Positions 46,001 through 55,226 of a stretch of DNA of 64,000 bases are shown here, one piece after another. Below the pieces are notes generated by a model. The model made no database searches. It was not told the origin of the DNA and saw only the letters and a program-made list of their open reading frames with translations. The stretch is taken from the NCBI GenBank assembly GCA_019428905.1, contig JAHYJN010000002.1:14071-78070 (forward strand), written 5' to 3'. How positions within the stretch are numbered: position 1 is the first letter of the stretch; the number at the start of each line of letters is the position of its first letter. The DNA comes from Candidatus Brevefilum sp. Its GTDB lineage: Bacteria > Chloroflexota > Anaerolineae > Anaerolineales > Anaerolineaceae. Made by a program: the position numbers and the translations under genes.

Positions 46001-46711
46001 ATGCCACTGGTATCCATACCATTCGCGCAACAGCAGCCGAAGATCAGATTGCAATCGGTGGTGCTCCTGATAACGTTCAGCTTGCCGCTCCAGGCTTCTT
46101 AATCGCGGTTTGATCTCGGTCAGGATATCTAGCACACGATCCAGGTTTTTTCGTGTGCTTTCCAATCTGCGCAATGATTCTTCTTTGCGTGATCGGTATA
46201 AGCCAATCCCAGCCGCTTCTTCAAATAATTTTCGCCGTTCATCAGGTTTCAGTGCCAGAGCAGCATCCACCAGACCTTGTCCAATGATCGTATAGGTGCG
46301 CTCAGATAAGCCAGTCTGTGAAAGCAGTTCGTTGATGTCTTTAAGGCGGACTTTTTGTCCGTTCAACAAGTATTCATTTTGACCATCCCGGTATGCCTGC
46401 CGGGTGATTGCCACATGTGAATAGTCAATCGGCAGCCAACCATCCTGATTATTGAAAGTGATCGTTGTAGCAGCCATCCCAGCCCGTGACCGATGTTGCG
46501 AGCCTGAAAAGATCATATCTTCTGTCTTTTTTGCCCTCAATAACGAAAATGACTGCTCACCCAATACCCACCGAATGGCATCTGCAATGTTCGATTTTCC
46601 AGATCCGTTTGGACCCACAATAGCAGTAATCTTGCCTGGGAATTCCAACTGCGTGCTGGTCGCAAATGTCTTAAGCCCCTGTAATTCAAGAGATTCTAAT
46701 CGGTTATCCAT
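43100..46711 (-). CDS. smc: Chromosome segregation protein SMC
   Basis: Walker A GPNGSGKSN, long coiled coils, a hinge, signature LSGGE, and Walker B ILDEVDAMLD. Confidence 0.95.
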   Translation of the reverse strand: MDNRLESLELQGLKTFATSTQLEFPGKITAIVGPNGSGKSNIADAIRWVLGEQSFSLLRAKKTEDMIFSGSQHRSRAGMAATTITFNNQDGWLPIDYSHVAITRQAYRDGQNEYLLNGQKVRLKDINELLSQTGLSERTYTIIGQGLVDAALALKPDERRKLFEEAAGIGLYRSRKEESLRRLESTRKNLDRVLDILTEIKPRLRSLERQAERYQEHHRLQSDLRLLLREWYGYQWHQKQQDLRNVRNAYQDQELRLHSLRKKHLEAQSKVEETREKLGAYRKELELNHGELSEYHHKLEQTTRELAIIDERQRSYTQQKDNLQIDIANLEEEIKGLESQQAALEDDVNQRDADFRAAAVEAEGVEQRLKEISQQKEQVESELSSARTARIKLETKKVQSSARLEELRNRINTLNEERKKILQSMDSLSGKAAQAEGKLVDLEKSYQDVLTRYNEQHKQNKAKAEQYTEVRDAFNRIDSQLNQHETQLTKLRTQLSLLQEAESALSGYSEGSKTLVEISRKGRLPQGIEPLSQHIVIEERFERAISAALGELTDLLVMPSHSKSVLIEYLETKGNERVALVAFESQSNNVGHQPIQRSEGVYGYANELITVDKPYQDLIDRLFSDIVVVRDATTAQKLINNLSDAQRVVTLSGLVFHSNGVLISGQSPSGKRLGRTRQQSELQADLEMCEKEVTQLSAEKTKLTSLIDSLQAELQNAEHLLDTLEEEKSAIIRKRQVEADVQARIGEQLVWHTDRLDALDENIHQSQSKMELTQAELVEINNQIQTAMMEEQRITAVVNDLPLFEVQQELNHWQAHHLIAKNALFTAQQRYQDTSDRANAAQKRLMTFQTRFDEIEKNLIEIEEKKAALKTSMNEIQEWITAIEKDQIEPISAASEEVEKSVTAMQKLEAHSQQQVIIAERQYTQLDLELSRRQDQLDHLRERIEDDFGLVSFAEGQKYGGPTPLPFNDDLIEDLPRVAEKPERHEDEIKRLKNQLRRIGAINPEAQEEYIEVKERFEFLTHQVADLEKASKDLQEVINTLDEMMETDFLKTFKSVNQEFSIYFSRLFNGGEAKLVFSEEENPVEGGVDIEARLPGRRQQGLALLSGGERSLTAVALIFALLKVAPPPFCILDEVDAMLDESNVGRFVDVLRELAKNIQVVIITHNRNTVQAADVIYGVTMGRDSTSQMISLKLEDVGDAYFA

Positions 46712-46714
46712 AGG

Positions 46715-47431
46715 TTAATTTTGCTCCAGGATCCCAAGTGAAATCAGCGCTTCGCGTGCAGCGGCTTTCTCAGCAGATTGCTTATTTGAACCGATCCCTC
46801 GGCCAAAAGGCTGTATTCCGATCCTGACTTCCATCTCAAAGGTTTTGTTATGGTCGGGTCCTTCTTCGGCGACCAATATATACTTTGGTGAAGAAAAACC
46901 TTGCCCTTGAGCCCATTCCTGTAAGCGGCTTTTGGTGTCTTCATCCATATGATTCCTAAAAATCTCATCCACCACGTTCACCAATAACGGCACCATAAAA
47001 CTGTTCACAGCTGGCAGGCCGCCATTTAGATATAAGGCGCCAATCAGCGCTTCGAAGGCATCACACAATAAGGTCATGCGATCTCGCCCGCCTGCCTGGA
47101 TTTCACCCCTACCCAAACGCAACGCCCGACCTAGTTCAATCCGTTTGGCAAATCTGGCTAGTTGATCCGTATGAACCAGGGCAGCTCTCAATCGTGTCAG
47201 GTCACCCTCTGGTTTTTCTGGATAGTGATTGTAAAGCCACTCTGCTACAATAAAGTCAAGAACGGCATCACCCAGGAATTCAAGACGCTCATTATCTTCA
47301 ATAGCGTCTTTATTCTCATTCAAGTAAGAGCGATGGGTCAAGGCGCGTGTGAGAAGAAAAGTGTCATTAAACGGTAGCTGTAACCTTTTAGAAAATTGTT
47401 CAGGGGTTTCGGTTATGACTTCATCTGTCAT
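46715..47431 (-). CDS. rnc: Ribonuclease III
   Basis: HRSY..ENERLEFLGDAVL signature and a C-terminal dsRBD (GPDHNKTF..G.G.SKQ.AE..AA). The ATG at 47431 is preferred. Its stop lies 3 nt before the smc start. Confidence 0.9.
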   Translation of the reverse strand: MTDEVITETPEQFSKRLQLPFNDTFLLTRALTHRSYLNENKDAIEDNERLEFLGDAVLDFIVAEWLYNHYPEKPEGDLTRLRAALVHTDQLARFAKRIELGRALRLGRGEIQAGGRDRMTLLCDAFEALIGALYLNGGLPAVNSFMVPLLVNVVDEIFRNHMDEDTKSRLQEWAQGQGFSSPKYILVAEEGPDHNKTFEMEVRIGIQPFGRGIGSNKQSAEKAAAREALISLGILEQN

Positions 47432-47631
47432 TGTTCTGGATCCTTCTTCCAGAACTATCGATGCGCAGGCCATCTATCGTAAATAGCTTGCGCATCAACA
47501 GTTCAACGATCATTAACTGTTGGTACCAAAACTTAATTCTAACCGATTTTTTATAAATCACAAAATCCCGGTTGATGAGCATCCGAAGCCAGGTATGATT
47601 GAGGGTATAATACCAGGTCAGGAATAACACG

Positions 47632-48405
47632 ATGGATATGTTTTCGAAAACAGGATCAACCTATACGATACACACAGAAGTCTACGAAGGTCCGCTGGAC
47701 CTTCTGCTTAGTTTAATTACCAAAGCTGAATTAGACATTACACGCTTGTCCCTGGCTGCCGTCACAGATGAGTATTTGACTTATTTGGCATCCTTGCAGC
47801 AGACTTCAGCTGTGGAAGTATCTGGTTTCCTCGTCATCGCATCAAAGCTAATCCAAATCAAATCCGAAGCCTTGTTACCCCGTCCACCTGAAAGAATGGA
47901 AGGCGAGGAAGACCCGGCTGAGAGCCTGGCACGCCAGCTTAGGCTGTATCGAGCGATCAAACAAACCGCGTTGTGGCTGGGGGATTTGCAGCAAAAGGGT
48001 CTTCATTCATACATCCGCCTCGCGCCCCCGCCAAGAATCGATAAGTCGGTTGATCTCTCAGGTGTGAATATCGACGATTTGATTGAGCTGATGAAGGCAC
48101 TCTACCATTTCCAGGAGGATGCCGCACCAATTACAACGGTCGTAACCATTCCGCGTGTGACGATTAAGAACAAAATTCGCGACTTAATCCAGCACCTTCG
48201 AACGCAACAGCAGCTTTCGTACCGGCAAATGCTTCCTAAGGTGTATGACAGGGTTGAGGCGATTGTCTTGTTCCTGGCAGTGCTGGAGTTGATTAAACAG
48301 CAGTACGTCAACGCACAGCAGTCAGGGCTTTTTTCTGATATTAATCTAACTGCAACAGAAAAGACATTTGCAGATGAAGAAATATCATTGGCACTCGATG
48401 GATAA
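47632..48405 (+). CDS. scpA: Segregation and condensation protein A
   Basis: YEGPLDLLLSLI motif and kleisin length. No scpB follows it. Confidence 0.85.
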   Translation: MDMFSKTGSTYTIHTEVYEGPLDLLLSLITKAELDITRLSLAAVTDEYLTYLASLQQTSAVEVSGFLVIASKLIQIKSEALLPRPPERMEGEEDPAESLARQLRLYRAIKQTALWLGDLQQKGLHSYIRLAPPPRIDKSVDLSGVNIDDLIELMKALYHFQEDAAPITTVVTIPRVTIKNKIRDLIQHLRTQQQLSYRQMLPKVYDRVEAIVLFLAVLELIKQQYVNAQQSGLFSDINLTATEKTFADEEISLALDG

Positions 48406-48477
48406 ATCCGTTATAATTAATTCAGTATTGATAAAATGTGTATTTAATCGATAATATCAGATCGGGGCACGATTTTT

Positions 48478-48936
48478 ATGGCAGACGAACGAAACAATGA
48501 AATAACACCCAAACCTTTGATTGTTGCTGAGCAATCCACAGCTTCTGAGGCATCTGATCAAACCAACAAAAAGTACATCTACATCGGCATCCTGATCGTC
48601 CTGGTACTTCTGACCCTGATCGTGCTGGCAACCATCTACCTGGTCAATCCAGCCAACAGTGACAGAACAGAACAAATCCGTGATGTGTTCATCATCTTTT
48701 TAGCCTTGGAATCCTTGGTGATTGGTATTGCCTTGGTTGTGTTAATTGTCCAGCTTTCTAACCTGATCAACCTGCTTCAAAATGAGATCCGGCCGATCAT
48801 CAATTCGACCAACGAGACGGTCAACACCCTCAAAGGCACAGCCAAATTCGTCAGCGACAACTTGGCCGAGCCAGTCATCAAGATCAATCAATACGCAGCG
48901 ATGTTCAAGCGTATTTTTAGACCTTCAAAAAAATGA
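48478..48936 (+). CDS. DUF948-like membrane-anchored protein
   Basis: A TM region followed by a coiled segment (LINLLQNEIRPIINSTNETVNTLKG). Pairing with a YtxH gene is common. Confidence 0.45.
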   Translation: MADERNNEITPKPLIVAEQSTASEASDQTNKKYIYIGILIVLVLLTLIVLATIYLVNPANSDRTEQIRDVFIIFLALESLVIGIALVVLIVQLSNLINLLQNEIRPIINSTNETVNTLKGTAKFVSDNLAEPVIKINQYAAMFKRIFRPSKK

Positions 48937-48989
48937 AGGCGGTATAATTAACTTTAACAAAATTAAACCTAGTTATAAAGGAGAAAGAC

Positions 48990-49337
48990 ATGTCAGACAG
49001 TAACGATTTTGGTGCATTCTTGATTGGTTTTATCGTCGGTGGGCTCACTGGCGCTGCAGTATCCCTGCTTTTCGCACCCCAAACGGGTGAGCAAACCCGT
49101 GAATTGATCCATGACAAGGCGATTGAACTGCGTGATCGTGCGTCGGAAACAGTTGAAGAAGCACGCTTGCATGCTGAAGAAGCCCTCGAAGAAGCCAAAC
49201 AAAAGACTGAAGAATGGTCAAAGCTTGCCAAAGAGCAGGCTGACGATCTTCTGCTTAAGGGTGAAAAAGCTTTAGAAGAAAGCCGTGAGAAGTTAGTCGA
49301 AACCATCAAACCTAAAGATAAACCCGCAGAAGTTTAA
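48990..49337 (+). CDS. YtxH-domain protein
   Basis: FLIGFIVGGLTGAAVSLLFAPQTGEQTRE is the YtxH signature. Confidence 0.7.
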   Translation: MSDSNDFGAFLIGFIVGGLTGAAVSLLFAPQTGEQTRELIHDKAIELRDRASETVEEARLHAEEALEEAKQKTEEWSKLAKEQADDLLLKGEKALEESREKLVETIKPKDKPAEV

Positions 49338-49366
49338 TCCCACCCAGAAACCAAACAGAGGCTGGC

Positions 49367-50923
49367 TTAACCACCAGCCTCTTTAGCTTTAACAAAAGCA
49401 TCCGGCAGGCTTTCTAAAATATCCAGTGCAGTCACACTGAGATCTGTGCCAAGCTTACTACGTGCAAGTAGACCCGCCTGAGCGTGGGTCCACACACCCA
49501 AAAGGCTGGCAGTATGTGCAGAAATGCCCTGAGCCATCAAGCCGCCAATCACACCTGAAAGAACATCGCCGCTGCCGGCTGTTGCCAAAGCAGCATCACT
49601 GATGGGGTTGATATGCACATCCTCACCAGGTGCCGCAATGACCGTTATTGCACCCTTAAGCACAAGAACCACATGCCAAAGGTCTGCGTAGTGACGCGCG
49701 ATCTCCCACCGGTTAGATTGAATCTGATCAACGTCAAGCCCGGTCAAAACTGCCATTTCGCCCGGGTGCGGTGTCAGAACGGATTTTTCAGGCAGCAAAG
49801 TCCACCAATTCTTAATTTGAGTGAGTAGTTTCAAACCATCCGCATCAAATAATGTGGGCAGATCCTTTGGTAAGATTGGTAATACACCACCTAGAAATTC
49901 TGCATTCTTGTCACACAAGCCCCAACCTGGGCCAATGACCATCGCATCGGTATTCGACATCGAATGGCGCAAGATTTCTACACCTTGAGGGTCATATGCG
50001 CCAGATAAATCCGGAATTAATGTCCACACAGCTTCAATCAAGCAGCCGCTGAGGCTGTGATGGACATCTTCAATGGCTGCCATATTGACCAGCCCACATC
50101 CTGCTCGATAAGCCGATTTACCAGTCAGGTAAGCTGCCCCGGTGTAAGGAGCAGAGCCCGCCAAGACGAGGCACGTGCCAAACGTCCCCTTGTGACCGCC
50201 CTCTGGTCGCTCAGGAAAATTGGAACTGATCACGTCTTGATCAATCATCACGGGAAGACAGGCAGCGAGATGCTTCGAAAGGTCATCAATGCCGATCCCG
50301 ATGTAATGCAAATCTCCCGCATAGGCGCGGGCAGGGTGGCGTAACAGGCCTTGTTTCATAGCTGCCATGGTGAGTGTGTGGTCAGCCCGAATCGTAACCT
50401 CTGAGACCTCCCCAGTATCACAGTCGACGCCTGAGGGGCAATCTACGGCGATTAAAAGCAAATCTAAGCGCTTTTCGAGCAGTTTACGGGTGTTTGCCAT
50501 CACAACCTGTAATGAACCCCTCAGGGGCAGTTTGAGCCCTGTACCCAAGATACCGTCTAAAACAACAGTACCCGGAACCAAGGATGCATGGAAAACATCT
50601 AGTTTCTCATTTCCAGATAGGTCAACAACCGCCCCTCCACTCATGCGGTAGTTCTCAAGCAGGGGATCGTCCCCCCGATCTTTTAACAGGAATGCAATCG
50701 TTCGTAGGCCCCTTTTTGCCAGGATATTCAGTGCGATGATCGTATCTCCCCCATTATTGCCGGAACCAACCAATCCAATCACGTTTTGCCAGTCAAAAAT
50801 GTGTTGGTACACCCAGTCTGCAATACCGCGTCCAGCGTTGTGCATCATGGTTTCATAACTCAAACCCGCAGCATTTGCTGAGCGCTCGATCGTCTGCATC
50901 TGTTCAACGGTAACGATTTTCAT
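49367..50923 (-). CDS. nnr: Bifunctional NAD(P)H-hydrate repair enzyme (epimerase/dehydratase)
   Basis: YjeF-N motif GSGNNGGD and C-terminal carbohydrate-kinase motif GSGDVLSG. Confidence 0.85.
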   Translation of the reverse strand: MKIVTVEQMQTIERSANAAGLSYETMMHNAGRGIADWVYQHIFDWQNVIGLVGSGNNGGDTIIALNILAKRGLRTIAFLLKDRGDDPLLENYRMSGGAVVDLSGNEKLDVFHASLVPGTVVLDGILGTGLKLPLRGSLQVVMANTRKLLEKRLDLLLIAVDCPSGVDCDTGEVSEVTIRADHTLTMAAMKQGLLRHPARAYAGDLHYIGIGIDDLSKHLAACLPVMIDQDVISSNFPERPEGGHKGTFGTCLVLAGSAPYTGAAYLTGKSAYRAGCGLVNMAAIEDVHHSLSGCLIEAVWTLIPDLSGAYDPQGVEILRHSMSNTDAMVIGPGWGLCDKNAEFLGGVLPILPKDLPTLFDADGLKLLTQIKNWWTLLPEKSVLTPHPGEMAVLTGLDVDQIQSNRWEIARHYADLWHVVLVLKGAITVIAAPGEDVHINPISDAALATAGSGDVLSGVIGGLMAQGISAHTASLLGVWTHAQAGLLARSKLGTDLSVTALDILESLPDAFVKAKEAGG

Positions 50924-51018
50924 TGTGCTCCTTTCGTCAGCAGTGACACCATAATTATACGAGATTCAAAAAAATCGCTTGACTTTTAATTCCCCTTGTG
51001 ATAATATATGTTTCGCTC

Positions 51019-51092
51019 GGGGGCGTGGTGTAGTGGTTCAACATGCGGCCCTGTCAAGGCCGAGACCGCGGGTTCGAATCCCGTCGCTCCCG
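51019..51092 (+). tRNA. tRNA-Asp (anticodon GTC)
   Basis: Manual fold: acceptor GGGGGCG/CGCTCCC (one G-T), anticodon stem CGGCC/GGCCG with loop CTGTCAA, T-arm GCGGG-TTCGAAT-CCCGT. Confidence 0.85.
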
Positions 51093-51094
51093 CT

Positions 51095-51124
51095 AAAAGT
51101 GCGAGGTAATCCTCGCACTTTTTG
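51095..51124. terminator. Intrinsic terminator after tRNA-Asp, which also faces the convergent MFS gene
   Basis: AAGTGCGAGG-TAAT-CCTCGCACTT followed by TTTTG. Confidence 0.75.
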
Positions 51125-51160
51125 CTTTCATTTTCCAATTAGAGAAATTTTGGATGGGTT

Positions 51161-52552
51161 TCAATCACTTGCATGGTTTTTGGTGATGATCTCAGCCCGT
51201 TCAGCCATCAGTTTACGCAGTTTCTCCGAATCTTTGGGGTAAGTCCAATAAAACAAGCTGAACAGCGCTGCACAGATGACCCACGGAAAAGGAACCGTCC
51301 ACAGCAGGGCTCGCGATAGTCCGATTTGATCTGCCAAGGACCCCGCGATGATAGCCGCAACAGCAGCAAAGCCGCTTTCAATAAAGGTGGTGATCGAAAA
51401 TGCCGTGCCCCGCAGCTCGGGCGGGACCACACCTTGCATCATGGGCTCCTTTGCCCCTTTTCCCGGCCAACTGATCATCAGAGCGGTAAAAAAGCTCAAA
51501 ATCATGATTTGCCACAAATTCCAATCCGTCGTGCGGGTGAAGAGGATAAAAGTCAGTGGGATACCGCTCACGATCGATACCTGCCCAATAAACGTACGAC
51601 CATACTTGGGGCTGACCTGTTCAGCGTAGTCCCCCAAAAAGCCGCCGATAATATTCGAAAAGGCGGTGCCAAAAACAATGCCAGCAAACACAAAGGTTGC
51701 ATTTTCTGTGGGAATCCCGCGATCGTTAACCAACCAGGTAATCAAGAAGGACCCCATCACCACCCACGGCATTGAACCGGCCAAACCTTGTGCGATGGCC
51801 ACCCAGATGGTGGGGATTTTCAACACTTTTGGTAAATCGGATAATTCTAAACTGAATTTCTTGGCATCTTTTTCAGTGATCTTCCCCGCCAGTTCGGGTT
51901 CAGCTTCCCCCCGCACCGGTTCATCAACCAGGAACCACACTACAAAGCCGCTGATTACACTAAAAGCGCCTAACAAGAAGAAGCCCCAGCGCCAGAGTGT
52001 GGGCGTTGCCAGGAAGCCTAAACCCACCGTGGCAATGATGATCCCCAAAACCCCAATGGCTTCCATCAAGCCTAACGCTTTGCCGCGGTCTTTGGGCGGG
52101 AAGGTGTCCGACATGATCGAAAACGTGGCCGGCATCAAACAACCTAAACCAATGCCTGAGATGGCCCGGATAGTTAAAAGCTGACCAAAGTTCTGTGTGA
52201 AACCTACTGCAAGTGTCCACAAGCCCCATAAACCTGTGCCGATCATGATTACTTTTTTACGAGAGATCTTATCCGACATGTATCCCCAAAACGGTGATGA
52301 AAGCGACTGCAATAAGTTGCGGATGGTGCTGATGATGCCCAAATTACTGTAGGACAATCCCCACAGGGCTTGTAATGTGGGGAATAACACCGACATCGCC
52401 TGGCCTTCCCCCTGATCGATGAAGTACCCAAACGATAAAGCAAACAATGTCCTTCGTTTATTTTTCGTTTTCTCCCTTTTAGCTTCTTTCGTCAAGACGC
52501 CTGCTGCCATATTTTCTCCTTGATTTAAGATTGACTTTTGCCGTGAGTACAT
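51161..52552 (-). CDS. MFS transporter
   Basis: About 12 TM segments and an MFS loop 2-3-like motif (GYMSDKISRKK). The start is uncertain (M1 or M15). Confidence 0.8.
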   Translation of the reverse strand: MYSRQKSILNQGENMAAGVLTKEAKREKTKNKRRTLFALSFGYFIDQGEGQAMSVLFPTLQALWGLSYSNLGIISTIRNLLQSLSSPFWGYMSDKISRKKVIMIGTGLWGLWTLAVGFTQNFGQLLTIRAISGIGLGCLMPATFSIMSDTFPPKDRGKALGLMEAIGVLGIIIATVGLGFLATPTLWRWGFFLLGAFSVISGFVVWFLVDEPVRGEAEPELAGKITEKDAKKFSLELSDLPKVLKIPTIWVAIAQGLAGSMPWVVMGSFLITWLVNDRGIPTENATFVFAGIVFGTAFSNIIGGFLGDYAEQVSPKYGRTFIGQVSIVSGIPLTFILFTRTTDWNLWQIMILSFFTALMISWPGKGAKEPMMQGVVPPELRGTAFSITTFIESGFAAVAAIIAGSLADQIGLSRALLWTVPFPWVICAALFSLFYWTYPKDSEKLRKLMAERAEIITKNHASD

Positions 52553-52655
52553 CCGCCCTATTATAAAGCATCTCGGACATTAATCCATTGTGAATGCCAG
52601 GTTGAATTGCCTTTGTGCAGAACCAAACATTTACATTGCAATCATCTTATTTCTC

Positions 52656-52704
52656 ACACAAAAAACCAGACCGATCAATGCAGGTCTTTCAACCGGTCTG
52701 GTTT
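52656..52704 (-). terminator. Intrinsic terminator of sugar ABC locus 1
   Basis: The minus strand shows CCAGACCG...CGGTCTGG arms (20-nt loop) followed by TTTTTGTGTG. Confidence 0.6.
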
Positions 52705-52740
52705 GATAGTGATCTGAAAAACGGTCTTTATATCCGAGGT

Positions 52741-53913
52741 TTATCCTTTGACTGACCCGGCCATCAAACCGCGCACAAAGTAACGCTGCAAGCCAAGGAA
52801 CACCAGTAACGGCAAAAGCATGCTGACAAAAGCTGCGGATGTCATCAAGTGCCAGTCTTGTCCTTTTTCGCCAACCAGCTGCGCTACAGCAATTGTGACG
52901 GTTTTATTTCTTTCGCCTAAGAAGATCAAGGCGACCAGGTAATCGTTCCACAACCACAAGAATTGGAAGATGGCAAAGGATGCCAATGCTGGCACAGACA
53001 ATGGGAGAATTAACCGAATGAAAATCGTAAAATTCGAAGCCCCATCGATATAAGCCGATTCCAATAGTTCACGTGGCAAGGTGCTGATGTAGTTAAACAA
53101 CAGGTAGGTTGCCAAAGGTAGACCAAAGCCCGCATGCGCTAACCAGATTCCCAGAAAAGTACCATTCAACCCCATGTTCACATAGTCCTTAAGGATGGGC
53201 ACCAGGGCAATCTGCAAAGGCACAACCAACAAAGCTACAATAATTGTAAAGAAAATGTTCCTGCCAGGAAAATTCAACCAGGCAAAACCAAAGGCTGCAA
53301 AGGCTGCAATCAAGATCGGGATGATCGTTCCTGGAATAGCGACAGCCAAGGAGTTCATGAACGCAATCCCCAGGTTATTACCTGTGCGCGTGATGGTACG
53401 ACCCTCAGCATCTTGATACGTAATGGTCTTGCCCGTGATTACATCCTGGTAATTTTTGAAGGTAAGATCGGTGTCAAAACCGACCCACTGCCGATCAAAT
53501 AGGCGCAGTTCTCGAGAGCGTTTATTACCTGACCAAACAAGGGTCTGTCCTTCCTCTGTAACAACGCCATTTCGAAATTCCTCAAAGGTTGCGGAAACGC
53601 CTTCAATTGGTTCACGGTCAAACTCTGTAACTTCGCCATCTGGTGATCGACCTTCAAAAGTCGCTGTCGCTGCGCCAATTGTAATCACGCCATCCACATC
53701 CACCGATGGATCAAGGTAGATACGACCGACTTCTAATTCAGCGCGATGGGGGAAAATGGTCCACCATCCAGTTCGGAAAATATCCTCACTTGGACGAAAC
53801 GATGTAATCAGGATACCAAAGATCGGCACCAACCACACAACACAGATGATTATCAACACCAGGTTTACGATAAAATTTTGTGATCGCTTTTGGGATTTAG
53901 CACTCGTCGCCAT
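52741..53913 (-). CDS. Carbohydrate ABC transporter permease (MalG-type) with an enlarged first extracytoplasmic loop
   Basis: EAA motif ESAYIDGASNFTIFIRLILP. About 145 aa lie between TM1 and TM2. Confidence 0.8.
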   Translation of the reverse strand: MATSAKSQKRSQNFIVNLVLIIICVVWLVPIFGILITSFRPSEDIFRTGWWTIFPHRAELEVGRIYLDPSVDVDGVITIGAATATFEGRSPDGEVTEFDREPIEGVSATFEEFRNGVVTEEGQTLVWSGNKRSRELRLFDRQWVGFDTDLTFKNYQDVITGKTITYQDAEGRTITRTGNNLGIAFMNSLAVAIPGTIIPILIAAFAAFGFAWLNFPGRNIFFTIIVALLVVPLQIALVPILKDYVNMGLNGTFLGIWLAHAGFGLPLATYLLFNYISTLPRELLESAYIDGASNFTIFIRLILPLSVPALASFAIFQFLWLWNDYLVALIFLGERNKTVTIAVAQLVGEKGQDWHLMTSAAFVSMLLPLLVFLGLQRYFVRGLMAGSVKG

Positions 53914-55037
53914 TAGAACCCCTTTCTTTCTTTATTGAACTGCTTTAAGTTATTGATAATCACGGGAGTAACAGCCAAGAGGAGCACAATTGCAATCGCA
54001 GACGCGCGTCCCGCGTGGTTGTAAGTGAACATTTGCAAATAAAATTCATTTGCAATCACGTTCGTGCCGTTGTTACCGCCCGTCATAACACGAACAATAT
54101 CAAATAATTTGAGGCTGAAGATCACGATAGTTGTGGTGACGGTGATTAATGTGCCTTTTATGTACGGGACAGTGATACTAAAGAATGCCCTCACTTCAGA
54201 AGCACCATCAATCCGCGCGGCTTCCAGCAATTCGGCAGGCACCCCTTTGATAGCCGATGAGATGATCACCATCGCGTACCCGGTTTGCAGCCATACCATG
54301 ATGACAATTAATAAGAAGTTGTTCCAGGGCGCCAAGGTTAGCCAAGGTTGGGGGGTACCTCCCAGTGCAATTAAGATTGCGTTCAGCAGTCCAATTTCCT
54401 GGATGCCAACCCCTGTACCCTTAAAGGTGTAGATAAACTTCCAGATCACACCAGCACCGACAAAGGAAATTGCCATCGGGGTGAAGATGATCGATTTATA
54501 AATCACCTCAAACTTGCTCCGGTCGGCCAAAACAGCAACTAATAGGCCAAGACCAACACTAAAACCTGTTCCAAATACCAGCCATAGCAGGTTATTCCGG
54601 AAGGTTTCCAACATGCGTGGGTCGGTAAAGGCAAACACATAATTCTGTAAGCCGACAAATTCAGTGCTGAGATTGTTCTGAAAACTGGCAATTAAGGACC
54701 GCACAACGGGGATCGCTAAGAACCAGCCCATAATCGCGATTGCTGGACCAACAAATACAAAGGGTTGCAATCGTTTTGACCAAACAAGAGGCAGCTTCAA
54801 AACCAACCAGTTTGCAACCAAATAAAGCAAAGCCACACCGCCAACACCCCAGATGATGGCAACAAGCACAAGGATTATCTGGGGGGCTTGGGCACGGCTG
54901 AGAAAGAGAAAGCCCTGCCAAAGGACAAGAAATGTGACAGCTGGCACAAATAGGGAGATCAATATTTGCCCTAATGTCGAACTAAACCACTGAATCACCC
55001 CGATTTTTTCATTTTGGGTGTTTTTTGTGTTGAGCAT
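53913..55037 (-). CDS. Carbohydrate ABC transporter permease (MalF-type)
   Basis: EAA motif EAARIDGASEVRAFFSITVP. The ATG at 55037 is preceded by GGAGGTGTGC. Its stop overlaps the downstream start. Confidence 0.8.
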   Translation of the reverse strand: MLNTKNTQNEKIGVIQWFSSTLGQILISLFVPAVTFLVLWQGFLFLSRAQAPQIILVLVAIIWGVGGVALLYLVANWLVLKLPLVWSKRLQPFVFVGPAIAIMGWFLAIPVVRSLIASFQNNLSTEFVGLQNYVFAFTDPRMLETFRNNLLWLVFGTGFSVGLGLLVAVLADRSKFEVIYKSIIFTPMAISFVGAGVIWKFIYTFKGTGVGIQEIGLLNAILIALGGTPQPWLTLAPWNNFLLIVIMVWLQTGYAMVIISSAIKGVPAELLEAARIDGASEVRAFFSITVPYIKGTLITVTTTIVIFSLKLFDIVRVMTGGNNGTNVIANEFYLQMFTYNHAGRASAIAIVLLLAVTPVIINNLKQFNKERKGF

Positions 55038-55061
55038 GCACACCTCCAACGGTAGCATTTA

Positions 55062-55099
55062 GTAAGAAAAGGGCAGGCATTAATCGATCAGCCTGCCCT
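55062..55099 (-). terminator. Intercistronic hairpin / partial terminator between the binding-protein and permease genes
   Basis: AGGGCAGGC-(12 nt)-GCCTGCCCT, followed on the minus strand by TTTTCTT. Confidence 0.55.
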
Positions 55100-55226
55100 T
55101 CCCATGATTTTCTACTTCCAGTCACCTTTCATAAGTGTCATCATGCATTACGAAAACTAAAGCGTCAAAAGATGAACTGGTAGTTGCATTAGCATCAATC
55201 AAAGAAGATGAGCTAAGCTTCGTGGA

